64,000 nt of DNA, taken from assembly GCA_040285855.1 (NCBI GenBank), contig JAUFOQ010000016.1:124001-188000 (forward strand), written 5' to 3'. Positions within the stretch are counted from its first letter, which is position 1. Every line of letters begins with the position of its first letter. Source of the DNA: Eukaryota sp. GEM-RC1. Its lineage: Eukaryota. A program made the position numbers and the translations under genes. The notes below the pieces were generated by a model that was given only the letters and a program-made list of their open reading frames with translations, ran no database searches and was not told where the DNA came from. This document shows, piece by piece, positions 59,666 to 64,000 of the stretch.

Positions 59666-62600
59666 TTATGGAAGTTGACAAAGCGCTCCTGTACCCCTAA
59701 GATACCAAAACTGTTCACTCTTACTACATGGCAAATCAACATACAAAACAAAGTTTGTTGAATGTCCAGTTGTACTTAGAGTTCCTCTTCTTTCAGCAGT
59801 CTTGTAAACAGGACACTTAAAGTTATTATCAGCAATCTTCTTTTCCTTTGTAAGAACCGGCTTGAACCAAATAACTGGGAGTTCATTATAAAGTTGTTTA
59901 GGTAAAGCATCTGTGATTAATTTTTGATCTAGATCCCATCGAGCTCCATCTAAGTAGAGTCCATACACATAACAACCTTCCGCTGGCGGTGATGTGATTT
60001 CTTCTTTAGTCTTGTCAAGTACGTGGAATTCAAAGGAAATAGAATCAATAGGAATCTTGTACTTTCTGGCGTAGTTTTGAAGTGTTCCAGTTAAAAACCC
60101 TTGAGGGAAAAACAGTCCAGATATCCAGAAACAACTAGGAGAACCATTATCAATCCAGCTCTGAAGGAATTTTAATCGTAAAAGCAAATCCTCAAACCAA
60201 GAGTCGAGAGATTTCAAACTGGGGTAGGCTTTATCTGCCCACATTGAGGGAACTTTGTTAGCCAAAAGACTTGAACAAACTTGATCAAGTTCTGCAGACA
60301 TAACTACAACACCCTTCAGAGCTTTTAAAAGTTCAGAAAGAGTTGACTTAATAACAGAAATTAGACCATTAAATCTCATTAATTCTTGGACTAGTACTGT
60401 ATTCATTGACTTGAGGTAGGATAGTGGATATTTAACACCAACTTCTTCAATATTATAAACTGCGGGCAAGAAGTTGAGAATTCCTTCCGCAACTGATTCC
60501 ACTGAAACAACAGGACCAGAAGCTCCACCAGTTGACCTTGGCTGAAGAGACAAACTCAAATCTAATAAACTGAAGGTGTCGTGTCGAGCATTAACTATTT
60601 GAGCATTGGAATGGAGACCGAACACTTCTGGAGATGAATGGTAAGATGGCAAATTTTGAATATATTTAATATATTCATCTAAAGTACCATCCATGGGAAC
60701 TTGGAAATTCCGATCTCCTGGTACCAAACAGTACTGGTCAGTCAAAACTTCCTGATTAAAACTCTGATGAAGCAAAGCCATAACTGGAGGAAAGTCATGA
60801 TGATCGGTAACACGACCACCAAAATGAATTTGTCCCAAAAGGAAAACTAAAGCTTCAAAAGGAACTTCTTCGTATCGATCCAAAAGTAAATGTAGATGTT
60901 GGACAGAGACCTTTCGATCAGAGTCATTCCAATCATAGGGAATATTAAAACCAACACCAGGATAACGTCTTCGTTCAAGTAGTTGAGCATGGAAGAAGCA
61001 AAGAGAGTATAAAAGACGTCTGAAAGGAACTGGTTTGGAAGAATCAGACAAGAATGAATCAGAAAATGACGTGTATGATCTTAAAAGATTTGCCTTTAGT
61101 CCCGAGGGAGGTTCATTCGTCATTTTAACAGACTTTTGAAGGATTGAAACTGGGAATTCTTTTGAGGGCATTGAGGTTAACCATAATCTAAAATCTGGGT
61201 GAACGTTTGAATCTGCTAAAGATTCGACTAATTCCCTCCAATCGAAGCATCCAGGACGGAGCTAAATGGCAATTCTGTAGGAGCACCCATTTGCCCATCT
61301 CCATACCACTTCTAATGTGTTGTTCTGCGATAGTTCCTTGTCCTTGACCTAAAGAAACAGAAAGGAACTTATTACCAGACATTTTCATTGACTCAGCGAA
61401 CACTAGAAGATCTCCAACAGGATCAGCACCCGGGGAAAGGATGAAGACAAGAGGGAAAGAAGGAGCGGAATCAGCAAAAGGTTCCTTCAAAGTAAACTGA
61501 GGAACTTCTACAAAGTCCTTGGAGACATAGTATTTGATAAAGTCTTGGAGGGCGGGAACGAATTTGTCAGGGCGAAGACATTTTAAAACAATGATTTGTT
61601 GGAAGAATGACAATTTGGCAGACCAGTTTTGAGGAATTTCAAGATTGTCAATTGATTTACGATCTTTAATCATGACGTCATCCATCCAAGTGGCCCAATC
61701 ACTAATATTGTTTGAAATATCCTTAATAATTCCAGCAAAACTCGAAAACTTGTTTAGATCTGACAAATCTTTCCAAGCCTTGTCATCAAATAAATCTGGC
61801 TTTGGATTGGCTTCAATGGGCTTCTCAATTGAGGTAGATCCTGTTAGTAAGTACGAGAACTCGGCGTCAGCAATTACGTTACGAGAAATTAAAATTCTAG
61901 AGCAAAGAACAAATGAGAACAGTAACTTGTCTTGAGAGAATAAACCTCGACAAACGTTAAAGAAAAGAGCTCTTGTGAAAAAGTGATTGAGAGCTGAAAG
62001 TCGTTGTTCTACAGTTGATAGAGTTGGCTTTCGCGAAGAGGAAGATTTTAAAACGAATAAACTTGGAATGTCCGATTCTACTTTAGAAGGAGCCTTTGAC
62101 AATGCATTTCTAAAGAGAGCTGTAAACCATTCTAAAGAGTACTGGTACATTGGAGCAATAGTAGAAAGATCAGAAGTACAGAAAAACAGGACTGATGAAG
62201 CTTTGGCAACAGGCTCAAAAAGATCACGTTTGCGATCAATTTGAGCTTCGGTTTCTTTGCGACCTTCATATCTTCAGCAATCTTTTTAGCAGTGATTTTA
62301 GACTGACCAAGAGTCTCAATCAGGATATCGTCATCAAGAATGTTACCTTCAGCTTTAACCAGCAAATTTAAAATTTTCTTTTCAATTGACAATTGTTCTT
62401 CTTCACACTTTGCTTTCTGCAAAATGAGATCATTCTTTTGAACTTCAAGGTCAGGTTCCCACGATTGAACGACTGTAGACAGCAATTGATCAACCAATCC
62501 ATCAGGAGTGATTGAGAAATTGATTAAACACACTTTAGCAGCAGTTTCCGGTGGGAAAACGGGATTGGAAAGTTCAGTTACCATGTACAACTTAAAGTTC

Positions 62601-64000
62601 TCATCATAAGGTACAGTATCACCTAATTGGATATGCAGCATACCTCCAGATTTAAAGACTTGCATGGCAAGAAGAGGATCAAGTGAAGGGTCAATATACT
62701 CAGAGATACCTTCAATCAAAACAGGTTTTCCAAATTGAACAGCTCGTTCTAATACTTTGATTAGGTCAGAATCAGTGATTTTGACCGTCACGAGTCCATT
62801 GTTGGCTTCCATTAACTTAATCCACTTACTAGCTTGAGTTTGGGGGTCAATGAACAAAGGCCATCGCCTCGACTTCTTTGAGATTAAAGCGTTTTCAATA
62901 GAGAATCTATTAGGAGGAAGTTTGTTGATGTTCCATGACTGAATTTCAACAGGATCTCCAACACAACTAACAAAAAGACCATGGCTGTGAGAGAGGGCAT
63001 TTGTGTTCTTGAAGGAAAGTAGTCCAAGAACCAACAAGTTTATCTCTGTACTGTTGATTGAAAGGACCAAGATAGACAACCAATCCAGCTGATAGCAAAA
63101 CGTCTCCAATGACGTTTCCAAAGGAGCTTTCAAGACTTTCAAGGGAAGCTGACCAGTTAACACGTTCATCTTTAAGTCCGTCTAGGAGTTTAACTGCCCT
63201 GTCTAGTTGACGTTCGCAGAGGTTATAACGATCCTCAAGATCTTGCTTCTTGGTAACAGCTGCTTCATAGTTATCAGTGAGTTCTTGAATTGATTTTAGA
63301 ATTTTGTTTAAATTTGCATTCTTGGTATCAAGTTCGGCTTGTAATTGAGTCAATTGCTGCCTTGCTTCAGCTAAAGCTATCTTCTTTGGTGTGATAATCT
63401 CAACAACCTTATGATACTTGTAGACAGCATGAACCCACTCACAGAGAGCTCCTGCTGGTACAGAAGCTTGTTTAATTGCGGGGATGGTAAAGTCCTCTGA
63501 GACAATGTAAGGGGCAATGTTATTAACAACAGAGGCGGGAATATTGTCAGCATCGTATTGATATAGAGAATTGAAAAATTCAGTAACATTTGACAATAGT
63601 TTTGTCGATGGCTCCCAATAATCTTTTTCCTTAGTACCAGGTTTTCTGATAGGTTTAACACCTCTCATAATACAAATAGCTTCCAGTACTAATCGAACAG
63701 GTTTAGGAGGGTTTCTCATGGATCTAATTTCAACAACATCACCCTTGTTGAGACCTTGTAAGGCCTTAACAGCAGCTTCAAGGGCAGGTAAAGCTTCTTG
63801 CAAGGCTTCGTTACATTCCTTTTCAGTGCCTGCAGCTTCTGCAACAAGTTTTTCAACTTCAGCTGTTTCAACTTCAAGAACTTCTTTTTGTTGATCAGCA
63901 ACCTTTTGATCAGCAGTGATCCTAACCATGAGCTCTTCTGTCTCTTGAGCGGCAGTTATTAACTGGGGTTTCAACTCAGTGAGTTCTTCTTGCATTCCCT
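59666..64000 (-). CDS. DNAH: Axonemal dynein heavy chain (inner-arm type), C-terminal part; three frameshifts; continues beyond the window
   Basis: Stalk/MTBD, RWPLFIDPQTQA, MYQYSLEWF, FILSPGADP, SLGQGQG, WVLLQNCHLA, NEPPSGLKAN, WISGLFFPQGFLT, CPVYKT.ERRGTLSTTGHSTNFV. Confidence 0.97.

Noticed and set aside
1..64000. Genome-wide programmed frameshifting as the cause of split genes
   Set aside because: Shifts go in both directions (+1 in cathepsin C, -1 in CTU1), those I examined sit in arbitrary homopolymers, and they share no motif. Long-read indel error is the simpler explanation.

Overview
This is gene-dense, AT-rich, almost intron-free eukaryotic DNA from a flagellated protist. It contains an axonemal dynein heavy chain, U1-C, CPSF2, TFIIA, SPT/LCB2, cathepsin C, CTU1, BLTP2/Hobbit, myotubularin and cornichon. 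A metamonad-like host is my inference only. Many conserved genes are split by single-base shifts, often at homopolymers, which points to long-read indel errors, so ORF fragments must be stitched. Housekeeping genes are interspersed with an expanded LRR family (one copy has an internal inversion), relics of CRE-like non-LTR retrotransposons and a 708-bp hAT-type element with perfect TIRs and an 8-bp TSD. The standout is a ~12-kb accessory island (~35.4-47.7 kb). On the minus strand, ORF pieces from 42483 to 36266 can be joined into one ~2,070-aa reading frame: 33-aa tandem repeats, a 2A/StopGo motif (DVESNPGP), two Ulp1/SENP8-like C48 protease domains (first Cys->Ser, second intact), poly-Glu, a degenerate PolB-type exonuclease domain, a Fanzor1-type RuvC nuclease and a CCHC knuckle. 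A hairpin cluster (candidate omegaRNA) follows it, and a PIF1 helicase and a 14-bp tandem array lie at the other end. The join needs about 8 indel corrections plus one in-frame TAG, so this copy may be a pseudogene or mis-polished. All protein assignments come from motif recognition by eye, not database searches.
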